From the NCBI RefSeq assembly GCF_009834535.1, contig NC_045697.1, positions 70,124,001 through 70,188,000 of the forward strand: a stretch of DNA of 64,000 bases, read 5' to 3'. Source of the stretch: Camelus ferus. Taxonomy: Eukaryota. Positions 48,463 through 60,900 of this stretch are shown here, piece after piece. The notes under the pieces were generated by a model. It was not told the origin of the DNA and did no database searches. It saw only the letters and a list, made by a program, of their open reading frames with translations. The position numbers and the translations under genes are program-made. How positions within the stretch are numbered: position 1 is the stretch's first letter; the number at the start of each line of letters is the position of its first letter.

Positions 48463-50379
48463 TTATAGAGCATGCTGCTGAGCCCTGAGTGAGTCAGGTG
48501 TGACAAGAGGCGGCGAGAGAGAGAGAGAAACACGTTCTCTCCTGTAGGTACATACAGAGAGAAGGCAGGAAGCAACTTATGTTGTTTGTTCATTTATTAT
48601 GGTACTTTGCCCAATTCCCCAGGATTCAGAGTTATGCTGGCTTCCCTGTAGGACTTTTAGGCAGCTCGGATTCTCTGTACACGAGTCTGGATACAAGCAC
48701 TACCTGCTGTGAGTAAGCCCAGGGAAGGAAGTGGAACTCAGAGACTCCGGGAGGGCTGCCCTGCCCTGTTAGCTGGGCACCAGGCCGGCCCCCTGTGCCT
48801 TTTCCTACCTTCCTCTCACCCATCTTCCTCCACGAGAAAATGATCCCTGTCTCTGAATCACGCTCAGCCTGAACGTCAAGGGTACGTTGGAAAGCCTGGA
48901 TGACTGAAGCAGAAATATTGCAAACGTGCTAAAATCCAGACTTCAGGCTCGAAGCTAGTGGTTTGAGTCTGATTTCTTTACCCACTCGAAAGACGTTTCG
49001 GATCCATCCAGAAGCTCCCTCGGTGCTCCTTCTGCTTGCGTGTGAAGCAGGAAGTGGGAATGATGGAGATTCATAGCACCGAGGAGGACCTAGGGTTTGG
49101 CCTCATGAGAAGAGCTGGAATTAGTAGTCAGTCCCAGGTGGAGCAATTTCGTCATCTCTTTGACAGAAACTGCCTGTTGTGTGAGCCAGTGTGGGTGTCC
49201 TCAGAGGGAGAGACCTAGGTTTGCATACTTCCTGACTGAAACAACCCTCCTGCCAGGGCCTCGGGGCCAGGGTGGTGCGTGTCAGTGGGAGGAGTAACCA
49301 AGTTTCACTTCCTTGCTGGTTGGAGACCTCACAGCCCGGCTAGCCGGCTTCTCTCTCTCGCTGAGGAGGGGAGATTGTGAGGAGCTGCAGAGCCCGACTC
49401 TCGCTGCCTCTTTCCCAGAGCACCGGGCAGGGGCCGAGCGGACGTGAGGGGTGCGAATGGGCAGAGCAGAATCTCTAGAAGGGAAGATGAGCACCCAGGA
49501 CCCTTCAGATCTGTGGAGCAGGTCGGATGGAGAAGCTGAGCTTCTCCAGGACTTGGGGTAAGAGGGCAGCTTCCCTTTTCAGCGTGCTGCTTGGGGAATC
49601 TTAGCTCCCCTCTCCCACCTGAAGGCTCACTCTGATGAACGAGCACCTTTTGCACCCGGTGTCTCTCTGCCTCCCCAGTCTTCCGTCCTTTACACTTGCC
49701 TCGCCTGTGTCGGTTTGCAGGTCAATTCCACTGTGAAAGCAGGTATCATCTTTCCAGGTGTGAAAACTAGTAGGTGGAGAAAATGGGACAAAAATCAAAT
49801 GCTGGACATTCTTTGAGATTAGGGACAGAACTGGGCTGCAGGTGTTGAGTGCGGCTGGGTCTCCTTGTTATTGATCTGGGTTATGAATAAATGTGCTGTT
49901 GGAAAGTTCTGAGCGCTAAGCTATTGACAGAAGAGGACTGTGCTGCATTCGGGTAGATGAACAGAAGGCCGAGTCCCGACTGTAGGGGAGAGGGACTTTT
50001 TCAAAAGATAAAGAATGAGGAAGTGTCTGTGGCAACATCTCATATGTGTTTCTTTCTCCTGACACCGCATCTGTGAGCTCTTGTATGTATGTATGTCCAG
50101 AAGGGCAACCTCGAGCCTTCTAAATACTATAAGTCAGGAAGAGGGTAAACTTTCTGCCTCAAACAGTGTAAGTAGGTGGAGTCATTGTAGTCCTCTCTTT
50201 AAGAAGGGACCCGATGAGGCAATTCAGGAGATTTAATAAAAGAAGCAAGTATTACACAAGAGAGGAGCAGATTTCCTAGAGAAACTGGCTCTTTTCCCTG
50301 AAAAAATATCCTAGCGAGGCTGGTTTTGACACCTGTGATTCCAGAGAGGCGAGGCCTGCACCTGCTCTCCTACTAAACA

Positions 50380-50540
50380 GCTCTAATCTTCACAAGCATC
50401 CTAAGACAGAGAAACCACTGTCATCTCCGTCTTACAAGGAAGAGAACACTCACAGAGGGGACTGAATAGCTTGCCTCTGGTCACACATCCATTACACAGT
50501 CGAGTCGGGCTTCCAACCTGCCAAAGTCCACGTCCTTCGT
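50380..50540 (-). mobile_element. MIR SINE
   Basis: TAATCTTCACAAGCATCCTAAGA, TTACAAGGAAGAGAAC and CTTGCCTCTGGTCACACA. Confidence 0.6.
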
Positions 50541-51289
50541 CAGAGAAAAGCTTAAACAGGGGTGAAACCTCTCTGCATGAAGAATGTAGAGACTGTGTCA
50601 GGTTGCATTACCGCAAGAGTTTTCAGTAAGTCCTGTCTTCAGATTTTAAACTTGAGGTCTCGGAACTGAACTCTACCTTCAGAAGGTGGATCAGACCTAA
50701 CAGCTAGACTTTGCAATAAAGTAAACTCCCCTTGTGAGTTCCAGGACATCCCTATCCTAGACTGAATCCCCAAGCAGCTGAGGTGAAATGGCCCGAGCAT
50801 CCAAAACGGGTGTCATGAAGCCCAGGCACCGACTGCTGGACCCTGGGCTCTTGCTTGGAGCTTTATTCGGTTATTTAACTATAATTCTTTACGTGTTTGG
50901 TTATCTGTATTCTTGGCCCAAGATCATTAGGAAGCCCCAAAGTAGAAGATAGATAAAGGAAATATTCAGCTCTGGTCCTTTCATGCAACAATCTTTGAGC
51001 CCAGACCCTGTGGCACTCACTCAGACGACAAAGGTGAGCTAAATGCTGTCTCTTCTCCCACCATAAGTGCCCATAGCAGGAAGCGACTACAGGTAAAACC
51101 CACAGGAAACAGAACTGTGTCTTCTCACCCTGCGCAAAGATGGACATTCAGTACAATCTAGAAACACCACAAAAAGGTGCTTTTCTGTCCAGACTTCTCT
51201 ATTTCAAAAGGCCTGGAAATGTACTGACTATTTGAGGACGGTTTCTGTAACAACAGGCAAGCTAACATTGTCTTGGGAAATTGCTCGAC

Positions 51290-51454
51290 TGTTGCAATTC
51301 TTAACCTTGGCCGTGCACTAGAATTACCCAAGGAGTTTGAAAAAATTCCTGCCCAAGCCACACACCAGACAAATGACATCAGTACTTGGGGATGAGCGTT
51401 TTCTTTTTAAACTCTCCAAGTGATTCCAGAGGGAGACAAGGTTGAGAGTGACTG
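51290..51454. mobile_element. MER5A1-like hAT MITE
   Basis: TTCTTAACCTTGGCCGTGCACTAGAATTACC and CTCTCCAAGTGATTCCA..CAAGGTTGAGAGTGACTG. Confidence 0.75.
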
Positions 51455-51576
51455 CACAGAATGTACATCCATCAGAGCACTGAGTAAATGTGCCTTTATT
51501 TTTCATTTGTTGGGTGTGTACCTGCCTCTTAGAGCCATCCACACATGTTGACACTTTGTTTGTTGGCTTGGGAGCA

Positions 51577-51730
51577 TTTTAACAATTTTATTGAGGTGTA
51601 TCTAACAGATCATAGGGCCCACTCATTTCCAGTGTGCAATTTAATAATTTTTAGTGACTTTAAAGAGTGGTACAACCATTGCCATAACTCAATTTTAGAA
51701 CATTTTCATCCACTGGATAAGAACCCTCAG
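51577..51730 (-). mobile_element. L1MB-like 3' end
   Basis: TTTTAACAATTTTATTGAGGTGTA and ACAACCATTGCCATAACTCAATTTTAGAACATTTTCATC. Confidence 0.8.
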
Positions 51731-51763
51731 GAGCATGTTTTTGTTTGTTTGTTTGAATATACT

Positions 51764-51945
51764 CAACGGTGTGCTGATAAAACACCTGGATGAGATTTGG
51801 CCCTGATTTCGAGAGTCTGCCTATTTCCCTGGTATAAATACGCCTACTACAGGCAGTTGCAAACTGCCAAAGGTTTAACAACAAGCTTGCAAAATTCCTG
51901 AGAATTGATAATGGACTTGAGTCAGTACTTGTCGCTCCAGGATAA
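51764..51945. mobile_element. MER63-like hAT MITE
   Basis: GGTGTGCTGATAAA, GCCCTGATTT..ATTTCCCTGGTATAAATAC and GTTTAACAAC..GCTCCAG. Confidence 0.6.
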
Positions 51946-52175
51946 TATCTTTTACAGGTCATAATATCTGAGAAAACTTGAAAATGACCTGTTGCTCTGG
52001 CAGAATTCTGAATAAGATGAAACTTTTTCTCTGGACCTTTAAGCTATTAGTTAGGTATAATCTACCCCACAACTTCTAATTGATTTAGTTTTTAAAATGC
52101 TCCCATAAAAACAAAATGATTTAATAAAGTTAATAGATGAAAAGCGGTAGGTTTTAATGCCTTAATTTTAAAATC

Positions 52176-52432
52176 TTTTTTTCTTTTTTTTTTAATTGAA
52201 GTATAGTTGACTTACAATGCTGTGTTAGTTTTAGGTGTACAGCAAAGTGATTCAGTTATATATGTATCTATATATCTATATATAGAGAGATATATAAAAA
52301 TCTATTCCTTTTCAAGTTATTTCCCATTATAGATTATTATAAGATATTGAATATATTTCCCTGTGCTATACAGTAAGTCCTTGTTATTTATCTATTTTAT
52401 TGAAAAATATTTTTAGTGGGAGTTAATTAGGT

Positions 52433-52473
<41 letters not shown>

Positions 52474-52620
52474 ATGGAGGTTCTGGGGATTGAACCCAGG
52501 ACCTGCTGCATGCTAAGCACACATTTTATCACTGAGCTATATCTTCCCCGCTTGTTCATCTATTTTATGTATGGTAGTGTGTATATGTTAATCCTAAACT
52601 CCTAATTTATCCCTCCTCCC
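52176..52620 (-). mobile_element. Short L1 3'UTR interrupted by a SINE
   Basis: T tail then TTAATTGAAGTATAGTTGACTTACAATG; resumes after the SINE and ends ACTCCTAATTTATCCCTCCTCCC. Confidence 0.92.
52401..52552 (-). mobile_element. tRNA-derived SINE (vic-1-like), long-tail form with (TTTA)n expansion
   Basis: GGGGATTGAACCCAGGACC..ACTGAGCTATATCTTCCCC on the + strand; TSD TATTTATCTATTTTAT / TGTTCATCTATTTTAT at 52385-52400 and 52553-52568. Confidence 0.93.
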
Positions 52621-53577
52621 TAAAGTCATTGTTAATAGGTTATCTGAGTAGTCAGGTAGATTCTTATGCTTGTATTTTTGATGGCTATAAAAAGATTAGG
52701 TGGTAGTTAGATTAAAGAGCTACTATATGCCTTTGTTCTTTTGTCCCTATTTTTCTTCGGGCTCTGGAATCTGTGAGCTCTGCAAATAAAACCCTGAACC
52801 ACAGCCAGCCCAGCCCCTGCCTTTCCAGGACACACACAGCTTGCCCAGGACACAGGGTCTATTCTTCCTGAAGAACCTAAAGCAAGCAACTCAGATGCAT
52901 TTCTGTGTCTCACTGATAGAGTGTCAATATAAAAACATTTCTTTCTTCCATCCTAAATATATTAAGGCATCCAGAAGCAAAAGGGGAAATAACACCATCT
53001 GCAAATGTCCCTCAGCTTCACTCAAAGTTTGGCCAAGTAGGGAGGGCGGGGCAGAGGCTGCGGAGAAGGTGGGTAAGAGGCAGGAGGCAGGCTGGGCACA
53101 GAAGTCAAGCTGTTTGTGGCTTTCGAAATGAAGCGATGGGGAAATGAAACAACTAATGATTATCTGAGATGTCACCTAAGTCACAAACTAGGATAGAATT
53201 GTTAATCAGTTAATAATTTAAAATCCCAGCAATTCTTTGATTGTAACAAAGTTTCCTGCATGACAATGGAGGAATGTAGAGTTACGTCCAAACTATGTAA
53301 CCACAGACAAAAAAGGGATACTGTGAAATAAAAATATTTTAGGATACTTTTAAATTAAATATTCAAGTTATCTAGTCATAGTCCTTCAGTGAGAAATAGA
53401 ATAAACATTCCCTTTTTTATATACTTTCCCAAATCTCAAATTTCATAAGAAAGTGTTGGTATTTGACTATGTCAGTCAGAGTCAAGAAGGTAGATTCTAA
53501 GCTCTGGATATTTAAATAAATTAATCAAAAAGTCTCTAATTTCTCTGCCCTTTCATATATAAGAGGTTAGGCCAGAT

Positions 53578-54802
53578 CAAGGATCAGCAAACTCTTTATT
53601 TTTCCCCTTTAGGTCCTATTTCTTGCCTTTTAAAAAATTTTTTAATTAAAGTATAGTCAGTTTACAATGTTGTGTCAGTTTCTGGTGTACAGCACAGTGC
53701 TTCAGTCATATAGGCACATACATATATTCGTTTTTATATTCTTTTTCACCAAAAGTTGCTACAAGATATTGGCTATAGTTCCCTGTACTATACAGTATAA
53801 GCTTGTTGTTTATCTATTTTACATATAGTAGTTAGTATCTGCAAATCTGGAACTCCCAATTTACCCCTTCCCACCCCCTTTCCCCCTCTGGTAACCATAA
53901 ATTTATTTTCTAAGTCTGTCTATTTCTGTTTTGTAAATAAGTTTCTTTGTCTTTTTTCTTTTTTTTTTTTTTAAGCTTACACATATAAGTGACATCATAT
54001 GGTATTTTTCTTTCTCTTTCTGGCTCATTTCACTTAGAATGACATTCTCCAGGCTGATCAATGTTGCTGCAAATGGCATTAGTTTATTCTTTTTAAGGCT
54101 GAATAGTATTCCATTGTATAAATATACCACAGCTTCTTTATTCAGTCATCTGTCCATGGACATTTAGGTTGTTTCCATGTCTTGCCTATTGTAGATAGTG
54201 CTGCTATGAACATTGGGGTGCATGTATCTTTTTGAATTAAGGTTCCCTCTGGATATATGCCCAGGAGTGGGATTGCTAGACATATGGTAAGTCTATATTT
54301 AGTTTTTTAAGGAACTTCCATAGTGTTCTCCATAGTGACTGCACCAAACTACATTCCCACCAACAGTGTAGGAGAGTTCTCTTTTCTTCACACCCTCTCC
54401 ATCATTCACTGTTTGTGGTCTTTTGAATTATGGCCATTCTAAATGGGTGTGAGGTGATACCTCACTGTAGTTTTGATTTGCATTTCTCGGATCAGCAAAC
54501 TCTTTTTGTCAAGAGCCAGGTAATAAATATTTTAGTCTTTGCAGGCCTTAGTGATTTCTCCTTCAGCTACTCACATCTGCCATTGTCATGCAAAGCCAGC
54601 CACAGATAACACAAAAACAAATGACTGTGCCATATTTAAGGACACTGACATTTGAATTTCATTTAATTTTCATGAGTCATAAAACATTCTTCTCCTTTTT
54701 TCTCCCCACCATTCAAAAACATAAAATTATTCTTGGCTCATTTCATACAAAAACATGTACCCTGGCAGGAACTGACCCTCAAGAGGTGGTTTGCTGACCC
54801 AG
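53578..54802 (+). mobile_element. MER58B-like hAT MITE split by an L1
   Basis: CAAGGATCAGCAAACT, then CCAGGTAATAAATATTTTAG..TTTGCAGGCC, GACACTGACATTTGAATTTCAT and GGTTTGCTGACCC. Confidence 0.85.
53598..54488 (-). mobile_element. 5'-truncated L1 (ORF2 end + 3'UTR) inserted into MER58
   Basis: ORF 53903-54130 (..MPFAATLISLENVILSEMSQKEKEKYHMMSLIC); perfect 17-bp TSD GGATCAGCAAACTCTTT at 53581-53597 and 54489-54505. Confidence 0.96.
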
Positions 54803-54999
54803 GGAATAGGTAATAATAACCAAAGTGAGTTCTTATTAAGAGGCAGACATTTTGCATACACTAGCTCTGGTCTTCAAAGGGTATTGGCATTTCCGCTTTA
54901 CATCTGAAGAGACTCGGCAGCAGAGAAATCAGGCTGCCTGGAGTCCCAGAGATTCCAGGTCCCAAGTTCATGCTCATTGTACCACAGTCGGCTCTCCTG

Positions 55000-55480
55000 C
55001 TGTGAGAGTCATTATTTACTAACCCCCTGCTCTGTGCCAGCACTAAGCCAGTCACATCCATTTGGCCTTCACGATAACATCTTCAATACAGTATGATCAT
55101 ACTCATTTTATAGATGCAGAAAGTGACTTCAAATAAGTTAAGTGAACAGGTCAGGTCACAGATGGCATTGGTGGTGCCACTGGGAGTGCCTGGGCGGTTA
55201 CTCCAAAGCTGACCCTGACGGAAGAAGGCATACGTCCTAAGAACGGCAATAGGAAATTGTTGGATGCTTACCATGTGCCAGGTGCTATTTTAAGCCCTTT
55301 GCCTATATAACTTATTAAATCCACACATCACTGGGAGATAGTTACTACCACTAATGTCATTTGCATTTACAAATGAGAAAAATGAAAAACAGAGCTTTTA
55401 TCACATGCTCACATGCCTGTAAACCTTCAAATCCAGGAGTTTTGTCCCAGAGCCCACATGCTTATCCACTAACACAACTT
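55000..55480 (-). mobile_element. Two tandem MIR copies
   Basis: CTCATTTTATAGATGCAGAAAGTGA..GGTCACA; GCTTACCATGTGCCAGGTGCTATTTTAAGC..ATTTACAAATGAGAAAA. Confidence 0.75.
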
Positions 55481-56029
55481 CCTAGTTTCTGTCAAATGTC
55501 TCTCTTCTTATTGTATCAGCACTATTTATTAGTGCTGGTGAGAACTGAAAGGGCAAAAAAGAAAGTTCTGTGATTACTACCACCAACACATTTTTTTTTA
55601 ACTAAAAGACATTATTCTTTCACATTTTTCATAGGCACACAAAGCCAGATCAGCATTCTAATTAATCAGAACTTGACTGAATTTTGTGTTGATTCCGTTT
55701 TCCAGGGCTAGGCCCATTGAATAGGCTAAGAAGAGTGTAGTGAAGTCCAAGCTCTAAAGGAACCTGTTTACAGAGCTGATACCAAGTAGAGCAATAAAGC
55801 TTGTTCCTCTTCTGTGCACAGTTCTGTAACCTTGGACTCTAAAAATGGTAGGTGATTCTCTTGTGGTTGGGCAAGAGTATGGAACTGTATACAGTTCAAT
55901 CTCTGCTGACGCAAGCAAATGTCCTCTTCTGTTGTTGTGTTTCTGTTCCTCTGTGGGTGACGGTGACTTCCTTCTCCTTACATATGGAAATCTGTCCACA
56001 CAGGTTCTGCACATTGAGTGGGGTCACCT

Positions 56030-56400
56030 TGTTTCATTCATTCTTCCTTCCATTCATTCACAGAGCCATCCGTTGAAGGATGACATTATGCAAGGCAGTG
56101 TAGGAGATACTGACACTAAAAGGAAGTATCTCCCTTCGGGGAGTTTACAGTGCATGGAACAGAGAATGCACGTGTGGGGAGAGTTAGAATGCAGGGTGGT
56201 GGGGCTGGGGGTCATTGCAGTGTCTAATAAAACACAGCAGGTGGCAGGAAGGAGGAAGATTGTTGGACATGGTTGTTGGACATGGTGAAGATGGCCTTGG
56301 AACCCACAGGATTTTTGTCTGTTGAAGGTAGAGAAGAAGACATTTCCTAAAGAGAAACTAGCATGAATAAAGTAGCAAAAGTGGCAAAACATACGAGTTT
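56030..56400 (-). mobile_element. L2 3' fragment
   Basis: TTCATTCATTC..CATTCATTCAC..ATTATGCAAGGCAGTG..GGAGATAC and GGAGTTTACAGT. Confidence 0.65.
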
Positions 56401-56869
56401 TCAGAAGATAGAAAGAGCCCACATAGACTCAGACCCCCCCATTCTTGGGGCTCGGCGTTCAGTCAGCTTCGTTCTGGTCTTTACCACTCAGAGTCTCCAT
56501 CTTCAGCTTCATTCTACAAGAAAACTTCCACCTGGCTTTCCTCTTCCAGTTTCTAGGATCATTACCATACCCTTTGCCTCTTTTTTTTTTTTTTTTTTTT
56601 TAACCTGGGTTAATTTCTTGCCCCTATCAACTCCCCTAGAGGATAAATTCCTAGTCTGAGCCCACACACTGGGTTCCCTCCTGATGTGGACCTGTCTGAA
56701 CCCAACCATGGTCCACATAGCTGAGTCTTAACTGTCACTGTTCACCTCCAGCTTCTCTGTGGTCCTGCTTCCCTGATTCCCTGCCAATAGTGCCTACTCC
56801 CATCATCTGTTGTTAGACTTTTGCTTAAAAACATTTCAACTTTAAAAAGCATAAGGGCAATAATTTAAT

Positions 56870-57130
56870 TTGTTTGACACAAGTATAGATATGTAAGAGG
56901 ATGTTACTTTTTAGAGAAACATGCTGAATTACTTAAGATTAAAGTGCTATGATATCTCTAGTTTACATTTAAGATGTTCATCCAAAAATATATGAAGGAA
57001 ATATGGCAAAAAGTTAAAAATAATTCTACCTAAAATATGGGTATTATTTAAATGTGGGTGTTATTTATACTATTTTTTCTACTTTTTTGTATATCTGAAA
57101 TTATTCACAATAAGCAGTTTAAAATAATAG
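56870..57130 (+). mobile_element. L1MC-like 3'UTR fragment
   Basis: TTTTTAGAGAAACATGCTGAA, AAATATGGCAAAAAGTTAA and TATTTTTTCTACTTTTTTGTATATCTGAAATTATTCACAATAA. Confidence 0.7.
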
Positions 57131-57255
57131 TAATACACATTAATTATAGAAAATTTGAGAAATAAAGAAAATCACCAAAAATGTCAGCCCTGTACCACCA
57201 CCCAAAACAACATATTATTCAACTTCTCTCCAGTCCTTTAAAAATATTTTTCTGT

Positions 57256-57282
57256 ACACACACACACACACACACACACACA
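57256..57282. repeat. (AC)n microsatellite
   Basis: About 13 perfect units. Confidence 0.95.
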
Positions 57283-57679
57283 TGCATACACATTGAATTG
57301 CAGTCATATCATATACATAATTTTGCTCATACTTTCTGATAGCATGTTTTTTTTATCATCTGCTTCTTGTTCTGTCTCAAAGCAGATTCCAGATCTGGTC
57401 TTTCCCAGGCCAGCCCATTTCCCTTAAAGTTTGACTATTGGTCCAAATTCCAAAAGGGCTTAAGTTCCCTGAGCCACAACCACTGGGGGAGCGATGATGC
57501 TTCTTGGGTCTTGCAGCCATTTGTGCACTGTGCAGGCTGACCCAGGGACCCAAAAGGACCTCTGCTGGAAAGAGATGCAGTTTGCCACGCCACCTTCCCA
57601 TAGCGGCTCTGCTCTCTGGTCTGTCATGTCTCTGACTTCCCTGGGTGTGTAGATCCACCCCTGAGTCAGGCTCTGTGGG

Positions 57680-57960
57680 TCTCTCTCCATGTGTCTGCAG
57701 CCTTCACTCTCTTCGGTTTCTCTGTCTACGTCTCCTGGACCCCACTGTTTGGGTCTGTATTTATGTTCCTTAGGTCCTTGTCCCTATGTGCTTCTGGCTT
57801 TCTACATGAGTCTCTGTGCCTTTCTCTGTCTCCAGGTCTTATATTTATATATATCTTTCTACAGCCCTTGACATGTGTCTCTGGCTCTTGGTGCCCCTCT
57901 GTGTCTCTGGATCTCTGAGTCTCTGTCTCTCTCTCTGTTTCTCTTTCTCAGAACTCCTTG
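57680..57960. repeat. CT-rich low-complexity tract
   Basis: Degenerate (TC)n/TCTG repeats with strong pyrimidine skew. Confidence 0.6.
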
Positions 57961-60900
57961 CCTCATTCCTCAGGCTCCTCCAAGAACAGGTTTATCCTGC
58001 TTTCCAGCTTCCACAGAATTATCATATCCCTTTCAGTCCTGTTTCCCTTTAGCTGAGCCTTGACTCCTACAAATAAAAAATCTTGGGGCCCCACCTTTGG
58101 TTCACTGTTTGTCCAGATACTCACATACTCTGCCTCTGTCATCACTCAGGTATGCTTCCTAAAGCCTAGGCCAGCTGGCCTGACCATTTAGCTCTGCTGT
58201 TAGCATCTGTAAATGTGGGCATTTAGAATGGCAATGTGGAAAGTCTCAGACAAGCTGGTTCCATCACAGAAAGCTCCTTTTTGGAAAGACTGTGGTGAGT
58301 CTTCCTTCAGCCTCCCCTATGTATCGCACTATGCCTGCCTGAAGTCTCATTAGAACTTTGAAAATTCTTTGCAAAGTCTCTGCTTGATTCTCTCTACTTA
58401 GACAAGGTCCATTCACTATGACCAATGGAAAGATAAGCCTACATCTGCAAATAGGGACTTACCATGCTTATCCAGACACCATCACATTGTCACAGAAGAT
58501 GCATCACAGCCTGACTGTAATACAAATTGCAGCACTGATCTTTTGAGCTAAATAAGACATTTCCTTTTCCTTAACCGATGATTTCTGATGGCTTAGAGAG
58601 CTATGCGTCTTAGTTTTCACGAAGTCAAAGTATCTAGCACCAACCCTATGAATAAATGAACACAAAGGAAATCAGCAGCCAAGCAATCCCATGGAGTGAC
58701 TCAAGATTAAGCCAAGTTAAGACTGCTTAGGTTGAGATTGCCTAATAGATTCATTGTTTGTTCTATCATCATTGTGTTCAGAAGGACTCTGAGGCCAAGC
58801 ATAGGTTAGCAAGCAAGAAGACAAGTCAACAAGCTATGTCATCCGTGGCCTTAAGAAAAGGGGAGTGCATCATATGTCGTGCACTTGCTATCTTTGGTCT
58901 AGGGAGTTCAGAAAGTGTGTCAGTGTCATTCAAAAGCGAGAATAATTTTGAAAATGGTAAAAAAGGGAGAAAATTCTCTAAAGAAGAGTGCTTTTGTTGG
59001 CTGTTCAACTCTAGAGCTTTTTAGCTGTTTTTACATAATCAGCAATTTCCGTTGTTTTTGGTTGAAATATACGTCCTCTTTATAAGTCTGATGAGACATA
59101 TCTAGGTTCTATGTCACTTCTCTTTGCCAAGAAAGGGAAAAACATGTCATTAAACATATGAAAAATCTGTAGACATGGGTTACTAAGAAATTTTCTCCCC
59201 AAGAAGTATATAATCTAAACGGATGTATGGCTCATGTTTTAACACGCAAGTCTGATTTCTGTGCCCACTTGTTCTTCCAGTGTTATTTTGTACTACTCCT
59301 CAACATAGACTCTCTGTTCCAGCTAGGTATTCTGTTTTCGTTATACGCCATGCACATGTCGACCCCAGTGCCTTTGCTTATGCTACTGCTCCTGTTGGGA
59401 TGCTCTTTTCTTTCACACCTAATGAACCCTGTACTTATTCTTCAAGTCTCAACGCATAATCTTCCTCCTCCTTGAAGATTTCCCTGATCATTTCATTCCC
59501 TCATGAGCTCCCGTTCTACACCATTTACTGTCCATATCACTAAGATGGAAGCTATCTAAGGATTTTTTGATGAAGTTAGCCTGCAAATCCTTCTCTTTCC
59601 CTCCCACTGGCCCTGTAATGCCATGTAGTGTTTTCTTGGCTCATTGTCCTCCTTTTTAGAGGCCATACACAGTCCACTCAAACTATCGAGTTTATTGAAA
59701 TAAATTAAAGTTTTTAGGACCAAGAGTCCTTCACTTCTATGCTTCTCTAACCCTAAATTGCACAGTAATCATGTGGGGCTCTTGATAAAAACAGATCATA
59801 ATTCAGCAGGTCCAGGAGGTCGGTGAATGTGAATTTATTACACGATCCCAGGGCACTGAGTGGCAAGGCTTCGCATTTTACACCAAGTACAACCCAAGAG
59901 TGTTCTTGAAGTCAATTTAGTATTTAGGTCACAATATTTGTTAAAAAGAAATAGAAAAGTAAATATTGAATAGAATTTAGAAGAATAGTGTTGTTTCCTA
60001 AAACACTTTGTTTCTTTGTGTATGTTTGCAATGTATGTGTATATATATATGTAGAAAGAAAGAGAGAGAAATACAAAAATGTATTTCATACTGTGGGCCA
60101 ATTCAAACGTGTGAAAGCCTCTCTTTTAAAAGACAGAGGAGAATGAGATACAAGCTTAAATCCTCATATTAAGTTAAGACAATAAAACCCAATGGGATTA
60201 GAAACTATGAAGTCTCCAATATGATGCTGGGGCAATTTTCCAGGAGGCTCTAGAACAAAGGGGCACTGGGATGAGAGGAGAGGAGGTGGACTTGAGGACC
60301 ATCTTGTCTGCTTTCTCTGTGGTTGAGCTTATTTCTTGTATCTTACTGAGAGGCAGCTATGAACATTCTTTAGTGGGTGGGTGTTTCCTAATTTGTTACT
60401 GTATCTTGGAATGAATAACACCATTATTTCCTTCAAGGCCAGCTGTGGGTTTTGATAATTTCATAAATTTAGTACAGATATTCTTTGGAAGCTGATGAGT
60501 CTCTCCTGGCTCTATCAGCCTTGAGACACACTTACATCAACATGTGGACCTTGGGGGAAGAGGAAAATACAACACTGCATCGAATGTGTTGCTATAAAGA
60601 GTAGTTTCCTGCTCTTTCTTACTTCTTCAGGAAAATGAGGCAAAAATAATTTTTTGTTTTTTAAGTCTCGGGAGAATGGAACTTATCCCAAACAGCAGAG
60701 AGTCGTATTCCCAGCAGGTAGCACCATATCCAGCATAGTCATGACATTTGCATAATTAGCAAAGCTTACACCTTGTTCTCTTCTGCAAAAGTTAGAGAAT
60801 CATGTAAGAAGTTTATTAAAGAAGTCAGTGGTCCAATACATGAAAATAAGAGAGTTTTTCTATCAGTCACCTTGACAGATGAGAAGACGAGGTTGCTCCT

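Noticed and set aside
56261..56286. Short tandem duplications (TGTTGGACATGGT x2; similar near 13866, 40138 and 40810)
   Set aside because: Ordinary slippage duplications with no shared pattern
60631..60717. Possible 87-bp in-frame exon after a strong acceptor
   Set aside because: Weak donor (GTAGCA) and no recognisable protein similarity
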